Part shown: positions 1 to 13,159 of the stretch, in pieces
How the letters are laid out: each line of letters begins with the position of its first letter
How positions within the stretch are numbered: position 1 is the first letter of the stretch
Assembly: GCF_006345805.1 (NCBI RefSeq)
Contig: NC_043000.1
Coordinates: 32,116,001-32,180,000 of the forward strand
Length of the DNA stretch: 64,000 nt
Direction: 5' to 3'
Origin: Octopus sinensis
Taxonomy: Eukaryota
The notes under the pieces: model-generated
Told to the model about the DNA's origin: nothing
Seen by the model: the letters and a program-made list of their open reading frames with translations, nothing else
Databases searched by the model: none
Program-made: the position numbers and the translations under genes

Positions 1-51
1 AAGAGCGCGGGCTACTAATCCCAAGATTCCGAGTTCGATTCCAAGCAGTGT

Positions 52-57
<6 letters not shown>
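1..57 (+). mobile_element. 3' part of a short tRNA-like SINE ending in (AAT)n
   Basis: B-box GAGTTCGATTCC after an anticodon-like arm (gcgggctactaatccc), followed directly by an (AAT)n array; cut by the window edge. Confidence 0.55.
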
Positions 58-104
<47 letters not shown>

Positions 105-294
105 TGCTGCAACCACTGCTGCTACCACACATAAAAACAATAATATCAGTGATATCAGTGATGATAATAATAATAATGAAAGGAAACGGGTGGAGCTTCC
201 TCCTCCTCGTGGGCAGAATAAGGATACATCTAGTGATGGTGTCACAATAAAAATACTGGTAATTGCGCAACCTGATAATCGCTACCTCATATGA

Positions 295-780
295 GTGCCA
301 ATGAAAAAACAAAATATTGTGAATAACGGTGGTAATGAAACTGAAGCCAATGATGGTGATAGTGTTACCCCCGGTAGGCTCAGAGATTCTGGTCTGGCTC
401 CAGCCTGTCGATATCCAGAAAGAGACCACCACACACGGCGTAGATGGAGTAAGCAAATTAATGCTGTGGTCATGGAGTGTTACTACCTGAGCAACCCGGT
501 AGAGGAAAATGATGAGTTTACTGGAAGAAGGGACTTTATCCTCTTATGCTTTCCTTGGTTGATAAGATCGATGTGGTTCATGTTCTATTTTCTGCAGAAA
601 AAAAAACATGTGACCCGAGGTTGTAGGAAGAATGGGAATGTGCTAAATACTGGGTCTCGATAGGTGAAGGCAATACGTGTTATAAAGGAAGGAGGGTGAG
701 TCATCATGTGGACCTGAGTGGAAAATACACGAGATCAGCCAGCTTCAAGAAACAGAGGCCCCAGTAGTAAAGACGCTCTA
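295..780 (+). mobile_element. Degenerate N-terminal fragment of an R4/Dong-like (REL-endonuclease) non-LTR ORF
   Basis: RRRWSKQINAVVMECYYLSNP resembles the RRKW...VMECYY..P N-terminal motif of R4/Dong-group ORFs; the frame breaks down afterwards. Confidence 0.5.
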
Positions 781-789
781 ATCACAGCA

Positions 790-1131
790 ATGCGTCTTCA
801 TGGTTTAGTGGTTTGAGTGTCGGGCTCACATTCATTGAGGTAGTGAGTTTGATTCCCGGACAGGGCTGTGTAGTGTGTTCTTTGAGCAAGACACTTTATT
901 TCGCGTTGCTCCAGTCCACTCAGCTGTTGAAATGAGTTGCGACGTCATAGGTGCCGATCTGTGTCAGCCTTTGCCTTTCCCTTGGATAACATCGGTGTCG
1001 TGAAGAGGGGAGGCTGGCAAGTATGGGCAACTGCTGGTCTTCCATAAACAACCTTGCCCGGACTTGTGCCTCGGAAGGGAACTTTCTAGGTGCAATCCCA
1101 CGGTCAGTCATGACCGAAGGGTGCCTTTACC
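790..1131 (+). mobile_element. tRNA-derived SINE, family C
   Basis: A-box tggtttagtggtt, B-box gagtttgattccc, body ttgctccagtccactcagctg; homologous to 37000-37338 and 56460-56628. Confidence 0.85.
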
Positions 1132-1775
1132 TTGTAGCGGTCCTAGTAATGATGGTAAAAATCATAGTGAGAAGACAGTGTGTCTGTGGGCCAGGAATGG
1201 AGTGAATTTAGCGGGGTGTAAATGAAAGTGAAATCTAGATGTAACTAACTGAAAGGTCACCACTATTTAACTGTGCTTCTTAACGTTGCGTTTAATCAAA
1301 TGATGCAAACAGGATGCCATTTACTCTTACAAACAATAAAGCTCTTCATTTAAGCGATATTTCTTTTATCGGTAAAAATTGTTGCTGGCGTAATAAGAAT
1401 TTAGAAACTTCGAGAGACGGAAAATAATTCCACCTTTAAAAATGAATTATTTCACGCTCTCTCGAAGGTTTTACATTCTTGATATAAACAGTGTAAAATT
1501 TTCGCTGCTAAGAATAAAGCTTCTTAAATGAACAGAGAAATTCGGAGGCTTCCGTCGGTGCTTTTGAAGAACGTTTGTCACATTTACACATGTGAGTTCC
1601 ATCCCGACGGACCGCATTCAACATTTTCGATCCAAAAGTTTTATTTTAACCAGATACGTACACTATTGTTATTTATAGCTTTATCGACTTCGAGTTCCAT
1701 CTTTAAAAACAGATTACAGCTGTATTTAGTGCACTTAACTGAAGTTCATTTGGAACAAGACTATAGTCTCCTTAC

Positions 1776-1810
1776 CACGTCGCTGCTCTCGTAGACACCC
1801 TTACTCTGAT
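1776..1810 (-). other. Candidate 35-nt exon of an unidentified minus-strand transcript
   Basis: Acceptor ttgttcgttttgaaatagtttctag and donor GTG|gtaagg; one frame reads QSKGVYESSDV; no homology recognised. Confidence 0.3.
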
Positions 1811-2519
1811 CTAGAAACTATTTCAAAACGAACAAATAAACAAAAACCCACATGTGGAATTTGTAGGAGATGATCATATTATTATTTGGCAACACACACA
1901 GGACCTAACTTTCGAACTACTGAAGATTTCTTCTATACATTTTTGATCGATAAATGGCTTTTCATTTTTGGCAGTGAATGGAAAATTTTTCAAACTTTCT
2001 TTGATAGCTTTTTCTCTACACAAACATTTGAGTTCTTTTCTCTTTTTTTAAACATACATAAATATATTGTAAAAACTACATCACATTATTTACATTACAA
2101 ACTTTCGCGGTGGCTTTTAACTAAGACGTTACTGTTATAATTGGTGATGGTCGTGGTGCTGCTGCTGCTGCTGCTGTTGTGTTTCGAGATTTAACTTCAA
2201 ACATCAAAGATTGTCAACCACTCAATTTCAAATACAGTGAAATTATTGTGCTGTCTTCCTCCTTCTTCAATAGAATTATCTCTGATATTTCTGCCTGCCA
2301 CCACCTCCTCCACCGTCGCCATATCGCCGACGGTGCTTGATACCGATATATGAATCGTTCCGTTAACATATGAAAGTTGTATCTGAATGAATCTGACTTT
2401 TATTTCCTATGCTCAGACTTTAACGGATGAACAAATCAAAATTGCAAATTTAAAATGAAGTGGTTTTCACAATGTTTCATCTGCCTTCCATTGTCTGCCC
2501 TCTTCTTTTTTTTTTTTTC

Positions 2520-2990
2520 TATTACCACCAACGCTTGTTCCAGTCTTCAACCATCATCTTAGCTCGCTTTTTACTCATTGTAAGAAGAGTAATGCAATCA
2601 ACATTTTCTTCCAGAATTATTTCACCCTACAATTCCTTCTCTATTCAGATTTTCTCCAGTCATACATTTTCAACAGTTAAAATGGGATATGAACCTTATT
2701 CATCCCCACTTCACAATCTAATAGGATCTTTAGATGTTGTTAAGGACACGAACCCTTTCTCACAGGTCCATTATCTTTTATCTTATTGAATGGGCATCAT
2801 CTGGTACGAGTTCTTTGAACGATGCTCTTTATCTCGACAGTAAATACAATATGAGGCTATCGCCAAGGACCTATTGCTGTGAATTCCTTCAACAAAATGA
2901 GATTTGTACACTGTATGCCTATAAACAATATATATAGCGTATCTGGAAGAAATGAAAGAATAAAGTAGAAAGATTATATGACAGATTGTT
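2520..2990 (-). mobile_element. Highly decayed RTE-like ORF2 C-terminal remnant
   Basis: Weak motif LNREGIVGEIILEENV...AKMMVEDWNKRW resembling RTE C-termini; many stops. Confidence 0.3.
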
Positions 2991-3053
2991 AGTTGAGAAG
3001 CAAGATCAATGAGTTTATATTTTTGAGTGGAGAGACGGGTTTACTAATGTTCT

Positions 3054-3431
3054 TATTTCTTTATTGCCCACAAGGGGCTAGACACAGAGGGGGCAAACAA
3101 GGACAGTCGAAGGGATTATGTCGATTACATCGACCCCAGTGCGTAACTGGTACTTATTTAATCGACCCCGAAAGGATGAAAGACAAAGTCGACCTCGGCA
3201 GAATTTGAACTCAGAACGTAGCGGCAGACGAAATACCTATTTCTTTACTACTCACAAGGGGCTAAATACGGAGGGGGCAAACAAGGACAGACAAAGGGAT
3301 TAAGTCGATTACATCGACCCCAGTGCGTAACTGGTACTTACGGTGGAATTTGAACTCAGAACGTAGCGGCAGACGAAATACCGCTAAGCATTTCGCCTGG
3401 CGTGCTAACGTGTCTGCCAGCTTGCCGCCTT
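3054..3431 (-). mobile_element. Dimeric tRNA-derived SINE, family B, with 17-bp TSD
   Basis: Head ggcggcaagctggcagacacgttagc, B-box gagttcaaattcc, two tail units; identical flanks gggtttactaatgttct at 3037-3053 and 3432-3448. Confidence 0.92.
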
Positions 3432-3829
3432 GGGTTTACTAATGTTCTGTAGCGGCGATGTGAAAGGAGACGGTAATTCGCTTTAATTACAGTTGATATG
3501 AATGAGTATATTAGAGAGAGAGGTGGGGTGTAGCTGTAACAACACAGGTACACGTGCACTCAGGAGTCACGAGTAATCGTTGATTGAGGAGTATGACCTG
3601 ATGTAGTCAATAGCACCTCGTGAATCAACTAGGACTAATAACCAACTACTGAGGGGGATTTTAGTATTAACAGTTAAGCTATGGTATCGAACGGGTGGGT
3701 AACTGCAGATTCGGCAAGAAGAGTCGCTGCAAGTTCACGATTTTAGGTTATGTTAATTTTCATTATGTTAGCTAATTACATAATTAATTAGCTTGCGCAA
3801 GGAGAAATTATTTTCGGTGAGAGGAAAGT

Positions 3830-4330
3830 GGCACTGAAGTGTTATGGCGAAAGATTGTTGAATGTGGTGAAGTATGATTGGAATAAGGAGGTACCAAATT
3901 TTATGGAACCAATAAAGAAACGTTTTAAAAAGATAAAGAATGCACACCAGACGAGGATTGATTAGTTAGGCCTCGCAAATGTAGAGTATTTAGTAGGCCT
4001 CGATAAAATGTAGTTTGAGCTTTGTCAAGCTATGGAACTACAGATGCTATATTTCTAATGAGACGACCGCAAAATAGGACCTTCGCTATGTACGATCAAC
4101 AGAGCAGAGGACTGGTTAAAGGCGTAGGGCTAACCTTCAATCACTCCTCTTCTCTATTAACCAATAAGCTCTGAGGATACAAAGACGAGATGAGTTGCTC
4201 ATGGCAGCCATATAAGACATGTTTAAAAGTGCTGTCAGCAGCGTTATATTTGGTGACAAGTTGAAGTACGAATACTCAGACTTTACCCACTTCTAGAAGC
4301 TTTCACACAAGATTTCAAAGCTGTTTCTAT
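3830..4330 (+). mobile_element. Decayed RTE reverse-transcriptase fragment
   Basis: ggaactacagatgctatatttctaatgagacga encodes GTTDAIFLMRR (RTE motif STTDAIFLVRQLQEK). Confidence 0.45.
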
Positions 4331-4420
4331 TTTAAAAGTTGATGTGTTCTTTGTGGTTTTGTGAAGCCCAGCTTCTCAAGATTGGGCCTAGGATAGATAA
4401 TCACATAGCCAAGTACTCCA

Positions 4421-4506
<86 letters not shown>

Positions 4507-5039
4507 TAGTCGAAATCTAAAGTTATAAATCCGACCCAGTTCGCAGACGAGAATTCGGAATCCTGGTATCATTTAGGAAGTAAATATGATGGATAGGTAG
4601 GGATGATGAAGCTAGGGAATCATGGATTTGTACTTAGTTACAATTAATTATGTGATCCAATTAATGCAAGAGATGACAGTAACAAAAGCATAATTGCCAG
4701 AGTTTGAAAGACACAAACATCAGAGATTTGTTCACCATGCTGGCAATTAAAAAAGGTCCCCCTTTATCAGGAAAACTGCAAAATGTTTAAGGCTGTCAAA
4801 ATTTGGGCATTATGGGTGTAAGAGTCGTAGATAAATTAAGTGAACATAATCCTCTGTTTAATGTTAATCTGCAGGAAAACAAAAAAAAAAAAAAACAGAA
4901 CACAGCTGAGTTGTCGAATAAACACTAAATGCATCAGGTGAAATGTAGAAGACTGATAACTGCGTTGGTATGGATATGTCATGGGATTGGACGATGTTAG
5001 AGAAAAAAGAAGGGAATGCTTTTTTTTTTTTTTTGTAAT

Positions 5040-5950
5040 CTAACCAGACAGTAACCAAGTCCCTCCAACGCCACCGCATTTCTGATATCACTGTTCTTCT
5101 AAGAATCATTCAGTACATCCCGAAATTGCCTTCTATTCAGCTGTGATATTTTTACTATCACAATGATCTTGGACGAACAGATTCAGACAGATTGTGTACA
5201 TTTTCTTCTGGAATGCAATTGGTCAACAGTTTTCACCAGATAAGTAGCATCGTTTCGGGGAGGATGCATCAGTTTTCTTTCTGCCAGCGCTAAACAATCT
5301 AAGTTCATATTCTCATTGGAAAAGTGTATCAGTAAGATAAGCTTTTTTATCCTTAAGATTTGGGACCACAGTCTCGCGTGTCTTGCCATTCAAACTGTTG
5401 GTTAATGCACAAACTATGTTCTAGGTTTCTTGTAGCCAACCCACCTCCTTAACATCTCTTTCCTCTCTCCAGACAAACATATCACACATGACATGAACTG
5501 TCCAACGATGTGATGATGCCTGATAAGGCTGAAATGCATATGGCGTTCTAGCTAACCGCTTGCCCGAACGATTTTTCTGTCGCTTCGATAAATATTTTAC
5601 TTTTAAACACACGTCCGTAACAGATTTCCTCTCTGGTGAAACCCACAGCAACCTACCTGTCAACGGTGTATATACATTGAGCATGAAACATAAATGACTA
5701 CTTTGATTTAGTATTCTTCATCCTATTCTACATACTAATACATTCTTTCCTATACCAATGCACACCATCCATTTCCCCTTCCTAAATCGCTCCATAAGAA
5801 CCGAATTCTCACTTGCCTCTAACTTTTTCAACCATATTTTTTCATTCTTCTTTAGTTTTCTGACTATCTTCTCCATTCTTTTTCTTTTCTGAAGAAGGAT
5901 TAACTTCCGAAATGTCACGATTGATTCCCTTCTTTTTAAGCATTAAATTT
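5040..5950 (-). mobile_element. Decayed RTE-like remnant
   Basis: Partial motifs (KKLEASENSVLMER; MLNVYTPLTGR) loosely resembling RTE ORF2; heavily disrupted. Confidence 0.3.
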
Positions 5951-6569
5951 ATTTATTAAAATTCTCCCCATCCCATGTTGTCTTCTGCTTATTGCTTAAT
6001 ACATACACGCACACACACACGCATGCATACACACACACACTATTTCATTTCTTTTTTTTTTTTTTTACTGTATCATACACCTGACTGTAACTATTGATCT
6101 GATATTATTAGAGAGCTTAAAACTTAGTCAATCTTCTCCAGACTGTATTTACAGCATTTCCATGCTACGAAACTAAGGAAAGACCCTCACAATGAGAAGT
6201 ACTAAATACACCTCCAAGAACTTCCCCTTCAATTCATTCCATTTCTTCTTTATCACATATTTTTCCTTTTTTTTTCTATTTCTTTTTATGTTCATATCAA
6301 AATCAAGCTAAACTGACCAATCAATGAGGCGAACCAGTTTGATAAATTGATAGGTTTTTAGTTGCATTCTTTAGACTGTGTATTCGAATAAAAGAAAGAC
6401 GACCTTGGTTTAGCATCAGTTGAATACGTGGAACAACTACAGACATACCCCAAAGCTAAGCATTGAATGAAGAACTAGATGATAAATCAATGGCTTTTTC
6501 TCTTTTGTGGCAGCTTCATGTGTAAATACTGAGCGACACAAGTACAACACTAATTATCACACACACGCG

Positions 6570-6610
<41 letters not shown>

Positions 6611-6788
6611 ACATACGAACACAAACATACATACATACATACATACACGTACACACATGCTTTCATACATAGACATATGCAGGCAGATTTTAAATATACA
6701 TACACACTCGCATACACACCAGCATATTCACAAACAGCTATTGAATGATATTAACAACAATACTATTACTACTACTAAAATAATAATG

Positions 6789-6850
<62 letters not shown>

Positions 6851-7021
6851 TGCAGTGAGACCTACGCTGTTTTAGAACTTTCCTGAACAAGTAAAGTTCA
6901 TTGTAAATTATAAATGTGCACCTGAAGGAAATAGACCTCTGGCTTGTAGGTGCGTCATTTCATACAATCTCTTTCTGTACACACACGGATATTACATACA
7001 TACATACCTACACACACATGC

Positions 7022-7054
<33 letters not shown>

Positions 7055-7118
7055 TATACACATATATATATGCATACATATATAATACATATATACATAC
7101 ATATATACATAGATATAT

Positions 7119-7538
7119 AGGCGCAGGAGTGGTTGTGTGGTAAGTAGCTTGTTTACCAACCACATGGTTCCGGGTTCAGTCCCACTGCATGGCACCTTGG
7201 GCAAGTGTCTTCTACTATAGCCAAGGGCCGACCAATGCCTTGTGAGTGGATTTGGTAGACGGAAACTGAAAGAAGCCCGTCGTATATATGTATATATATA
7301 TGTGTATATGTATGTGTGTGTGTGTGTTTGTGTGTCTGTGTTTGTCCCCCTAGCATTGCTTGACAACCGATGGTGGTGTGTTTATGTCCCCGTCACTTAG
7401 CGGTTCGGCAAAAGAGACCGATAGAATAAGTACTGGGCTTACAAAAAGAATAAGTCCCGGGGTCGAGTTGGTCGACTAAAGGCGGTGCTCCAGCATGGCC
7501 GCAGTCAAATGACTAAAACAAATAAAAGAGTAAAGAGT
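7119..7538 (+). mobile_element. tRNA-derived SINE, family A (central TA/TG microsatellite, LINE-like tail)
   Basis: Head gcgcaggagtggttgtgtggtaag...gggttcagtccc, tail ggcggtgctccagcatggccgcagtcaaatgact; many copies in the window. Confidence 0.92.
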
Positions 7539-7589
7539 ATATACATACATACATACATATATACATACATATATACATACATACATATA

Positions 7590-7622
<33 letters not shown>

Positions 7623-7708
7623 CCATACATACATACATACATATATATATATACATACATACATATATACATACATACATACATATATATATATACATAC
7701 ATACATAT

Positions 7709-7739
<31 letters not shown>

Positions 7740-7771
7740 CATACATATATACATACATATATACATAATAT

Positions 7772-7831
<60 letters not shown>

Positions 7832-7834
7832 AGT

Positions 7835-8609
7835 TCAGCAAAATTTAGATTCAGATGAATATGGTACTTAAGTTAAAGGCACCAGAATTTGGTATGGCAT
7901 TATCCATATAAATCAAACGGGGTGATTATAATCAAAATAAGCAACAAGGATATCCAAGGTAGTGTAGTACAAACGTTTCATGCTACTTCATTTTATTAAA
8001 CACCGTAAGAATTACATCAGTTTTAAAATGTCAAGCAATTTTCAGCCACATAGAGAATTTTTTAATTAAACGGACAATCCACATTTTTATACTTATTTCA
8101 TTTGCCAACATTACAAAGAGGGTAGATATTAAGAACATGGTGGTAGTATGTCCATCTCCATCTGTAGATTTTTATCACTGAGTTCACTTTGTTATTTAGA
8201 TCTATCAGTGGGCGGGAGGTTTCTATTCTTGGTTCAATGGAGACAAAAAGAATTTTTTTCTGTTTATAGATAGAGGAGAGGGTAGTACAAATGTCAAAGC
8301 CATAAATCCATCCTCCTTTTGAGGAATTTAACTTAGGCATATTTGAATGTATTAAAGCAAAAAGTTAGTAGGCTGAAGTTAGTGGGGTAGTGGGACAAAC
8401 CTCTCTGTCTATATATATCTACCCTCTTTGTAATGTTGGCAAATGAAATAAGAGTAAAAATGTGCATTATCCGTTTAATTAAAAAATTCTATATGTGGCT
8501 GAAAATTGCTTGACATTTTAAAACTGATGTAATACAGTGTTTAATAAAATGAAGTAGCATGAAACGATTGTACTACACTACCGTGGATATCCTTGTTGCT
8601 TATTTTGAT
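7835..8609. mobile_element. Penelope-like (PLE) non-coding element with ~200-bp inverted arms, between (TA)n tracts
   Basis: 7931-8129 is the reverse complement of 8415-8609. The arms carry a hammerhead half (GAAAC-GATT-GTA), and the left terminus resembles that of 14335-14400. PLE assignment is inference. Confidence 0.6.
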
Positions 8610-8762
8610 ATATATATATATATATCCATATACATATATATACATACATATATATATACATATATACATATATATATCATATATATACATATATACATAT
8701 ATATACATATATATACATATTACATATATATATGTACACATATATATACATATATATATATA

Positions 8763-8829
<67 letters not shown>

Positions 8830-8832
8830 TAC

Positions 8833-8879
<47 letters not shown>

Positions 8880-9243
8880 CATATATATACATATATATAT
8901 ACATATATATATACATATTATATACATATATTATACTATATATATATCTACATATATATATACATATATTATACATATTATATATATATACATATAGATT
9001 AACATATATATATATATATATAGACTAAATATACATTAATAATATATATATATACATATATATATACATATATATATATATACATATATATATACATATC
9101 TTTTATATATATATATATAATATATATACATATATATATATATATACATATTATAGAATATAATTATATATATATATACATATATATACATATATATATA
9201 TATATATACATATATATATACATATATATACATATATAGATAC

Positions 9244-9295
<52 letters not shown>

Positions 9296-9361
9296 CATTA
9301 TATTACATAATATATATCTCATATATATACATATATATATATACATAATATACATATATAG

Positions 9362-9399
<38 letters not shown>

Positions 9400-9459
9400 G
9401 AATAATATATATTATATATATATTATATATATATCTATATATATATGTACATACATATA
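8610..9459. repeat. Compound (TA)n/(TACA)n microsatellite
   Basis: Direct reading. Confidence 0.97.
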
Positions 9460-9903
9460 TGGAGAGAAGACGGAAGAGGTATGCAGTAATATATATCTGG
9501 AAGATCCTGGAAGGGATTGTGCCAAATTTTGGCATTGAAAGCTACACCAATGCCAGAACGGGACGACACTGCATAGTGCCAAAGATCCCAGCAATGCCAT
9601 CACGCTTCAGGAACAGTTACTGCAACAGCCTGGGTTTCAAGGGCCCACAGCTTTTTTAATATTCTCCCAAAGAGTCTGAGGAACTTGCACAAAGTAGATG
9701 TAGGGGTTTTTAAATCAAAGCTGGACCTCTTCCTCTCGAGAGTCCCAGATGAGCCTACCTCACGGCAAGAGGTGCAAATGAAGGTAGCTATATCAAACTC
9801 CATTCTTCATCAAGTGCCACATATTAGAGGAGGCTCCTAGTAATAACGGTGTAGCGCAAAACGGCGGTGGATAAGCATGGCCGCAGCCCTGAGCTGAAAC
9901 TTA
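9460..9903 (+). mobile_element. 5'-truncated CR1/L2-group LINE 3' end
   Basis: ERRRKRYAVIYIWKILEGIVPN...(+1 frameshift near 9655)...FKSKLDLFLSRVPDEP...VAISNSILHQVPHIRGGS*, stop at 9838-9840, short 3' UTR. Confidence 0.85.
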
Positions 9904-9913
9904 AGAAAAAAAA

Positions 9914-9946
9914 TATGTACACACACACATATATATATATATTATA

Positions 9947-9985
<39 letters not shown>

Positions 9986-9995
9986 ATATATATAT

Positions 9996-10047
<52 letters not shown>

Positions 10048-10421
10048 CATATATGTATATATATATATATATATATAGTGTGTGGTGTGTGTGTACATAT
10101 ATATATATATATATATCTATATATATGTGTGTGGTGTGTGTACATATAATATATATATGTGTGGGTGTGTGTGTGTGTGTGTGTGTACATATATATATAT
10201 ATGTACATATATATATTTACATATATATCTATATTACATATATATATTTACATATATATATATATATGTACATATATATATTACATATATATATATATAT
10301 GTACATATATCTATTTACATATATATATATATATGTACATCTAATATTTACATATTATATATATATGTACATATATATATTTACATATATAGTATGATAT
10401 ATAATATATATATAATGATCG

Positions 10422-10492
<71 letters not shown>

Positions 10493-10775
10493 CTATATAT
10501 ATGTATATATATATATATATTATATATATATATATGATATATATATATATATGTATATATATATATTGTACATATGTATATATAAATATTATATGTAGTA
10601 TATATATATATATGTATGTATATATATATATGTTATATATGTATATATGTGTATATATATATAGATGTGTATATATATATATATATATGGTATATATATA
10701 TATATATATGTGTGGTGTGTATATATATATAGATATATATAATATATATTAATAATATATATGTGTTGGTTATAT

Positions 10776-10806
<31 letters not shown>

Positions 10807-10810
10807 ATGA
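9914..10810. repeat. Compound (TA)n/(TG)n microsatellite
   Basis: Direct reading. Confidence 0.97.
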
Positions 10811-10894
10811 GTATGTGCATGGGTACATCTGTGTATGTGTATGTCAGTCTATAGATATTTGTGTGTGTTTCTCTGTCATCTGCGTGGGCATATG

Positions 10895-10995
10895 GCTAGC
10901 TAGCTCTAAATATCTATCTAGCTGGCTAGCTAGCTAGCTAGATAGATAGCTAGATCGATCGATCGATCGATAGATAGATAGATAGATAGATAGAT

Positions 10996-11028
<33 letters not shown>

Positions 11029-11030
11029 CT
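10895..11030. repeat. (AGCT)n-(GATC)n-(GATA)n tetranucleotide array
   Basis: Direct reading. Confidence 0.9.
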
Positions 11031-11124
11031 ATGTATGCATGTTTCTGTACGTGCATGTATGCATGAGTGTGTGCATACATGCAGGCGCTGTTTTGTCCTT
11101 CGTATGTAGGTACGTATATATATA

Positions 11125-11178
<54 letters not shown>

Positions 11179-11620
11179 CTCGAACCTGTTCGTTACGTGT
11201 CCGATTTTCGCTCTCGTCATGAGTTAGTTGACAAATAATCTTAGTAAATACACATAAGCTAGTACACCTGAACCTGTGTGTGTGTGTGCAGACATATATA
11301 CAGGCATACATAACACAGACTCATAACACAAAAATATACACTCCCTCGTCATATACGTGTATGTATGTATATATATATATATATAGATATATATATATAT
11401 ATATATACATATCTATATATATGCATAGACATACGTGCGTATATTTATACATATATCTGTACATATAGTGTGCGTTTGTGTATGTCAGTATGTGTTATAT
11501 GCAGCCATATATATATATATATATACATATATATGTATATGTATGTATGTATATAGGCACACACGCACACATATACATATATATATATACTCATATATAT
11601 AACACACACGCATATATATG

Positions 11621-11679
<59 letters not shown>

Positions 11680-12073
11680 GTGTGTGCATATATATATATG
11701 TATATATGTGTTGTGTGTACATACATATATACATACATCCACAAACTCACACACACACATATACATACATGCATGCATACATAAACCGACACACACGCAC
11801 ACACAGAAACACACATTGTATGCGATTATGTGGGTGTATGGTTATACGCGTATGTATATGTGTGTATAAGTACACACACTCACACACTTATGTGTGTGTT
11901 TGTCATTGTTCAGTTTTATTGTGTGTGTGTGTGTGTGGTGTGTGTTGTGTGTGTGTGCGTGCGCGCGTGTGTGTGTGTGGAGAGAGAGAAAGAGAGAGCA
12001 AGAAATTGAAGCACTGAAGAGGGTTAGTTTCAGTCTCAGTGTGTGCGTGTATATCAGTATGTTTAAGCAAGGA

Positions 12074-12110
<37 letters not shown>

Positions 12111-12277
12111 CGTGTGTGTGTATGTGTGTGTGTGTGTGAAAGTCATTAAGCAAGTGTGAGACTGGCTTTGTATTTCAATCAGAGCCAATTAATTAGTAGA
12201 TGTGTCTTCAGGTTTCGTGTGTTGGATTAGTGATTAGTGATCGGTGGGGGGGGTAGTTCAGTTAAGTACAGTCTGAT

Positions 12278-12316
12278 CCCCTCCCCCGCCCCATCAAGTC
12301 CTCGGCGGGGCGGGGG
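12278..12316. promoter_or_regulatory. Paired GC boxes (ccccgcccc / ggcggggcggggg)
   Basis: Sp1-type motifs in otherwise AT-rich unique DNA; function not shown. Confidence 0.3.
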
Positions 12317-12493
12317 CCCTTCTTTGTCTCAGTGGGAACTCTTTCATTTACAGACTTCGAACTAATGGCAGAACCAGATAATGTGTCTGTGTGATGAGAC
12401 AGAGAAAGAAAGAGAGGAAGAGAGAGAGAAAGTGAGAGAGAAAGAGAGAGACGAGGAGGAGACTGGTTGAGAGGGGGGTGAACTAAGACTTAC

Positions 12494-12522
12494 CTGACAG
12501 ATGTGAAAGTAATCAAGAATTT
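12494..12522 (-). other. Candidate small or 5' exon of an unidentified minus-strand transcript
   Basis: Donor CAG|gtaagt at 12493; acceptor ttttgttcttttattacaacctttacag; one frame reads EILDYFHICQ. Confidence 0.3.
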
Positions 12523-12720
12523 CTGTAAAGGTTGTAATAAAAGAACAAAAGGCCTATTAATAGTAAACCAGGTGAAGGTGAAGACGATGGTGCAGCGAAG
12601 AGTTTAAATATCTCGCTGTCGACATGTGTTGTTTGCAAGGATTTGTAATGAACAAGGAAAAAGTACTCAATACATGGCTTGGAGTATGAATATATTTCGA
12701 CTGAGATGTATATGCTGTTA

Positions 12721-13106
12721 GTGGAGGCGCAATGGCCCAGTGGTTAAGGCAGCGGACTCGCGGTCATAGGATCGCAGTTTCGATTCCCAGACCGGGCGTT
12801 ATGAGTGTTTATTGAGCGAAAACACCTAAAGCTCCACGAGGCTCCGGCAGGGGATGGTGGTGATCTCTGCTGTACTCTTTCGCCACAACTTTCTCTCACT
12901 CTTACTTCCTGTTCCTGTTGTACCTGTATTTCAATGGGCCGGCCTTGTCACTCTCTGTGTCACGCTGAATATCCCCGAGAACTACGTTAAGGGTACACGT
13001 GTCTGTGGAGTGCTCAGCCACTTGCACGTTAATTTCACGAGCAGGCTGTTCCGTTGATTCGGATCAACCGGAACCCTCATCGTCGTAACCGACGGAGTGC
13101 TTCCAC
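12721..13106 (+). mobile_element. tRNA-derived SINE, family D (tail type 1), 10-bp TSD
   Basis: Head gtggaggcgcaatggcccagtggttaag...gtttcgattccc; tatgctgtta duplicated at 12711-12720 and 13107-13116. Confidence 0.92.
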
Positions 13107-13159
13107 TATGCTGTTACGAGTGAATAAATGTGAAACTTAAGTAACAGCGTAGGACCTTT

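Noticed and set aside
2311-2335. 8-bp GC-rich hairpin as a Helitron 3' end
   Set aside because: No CTRR terminus at the expected distance.
12721-12800. tRNA genes at SINE heads
   Set aside because: A/B boxes are present but the cloverleafs are incomplete and continue into SINE bodies with TSDs.
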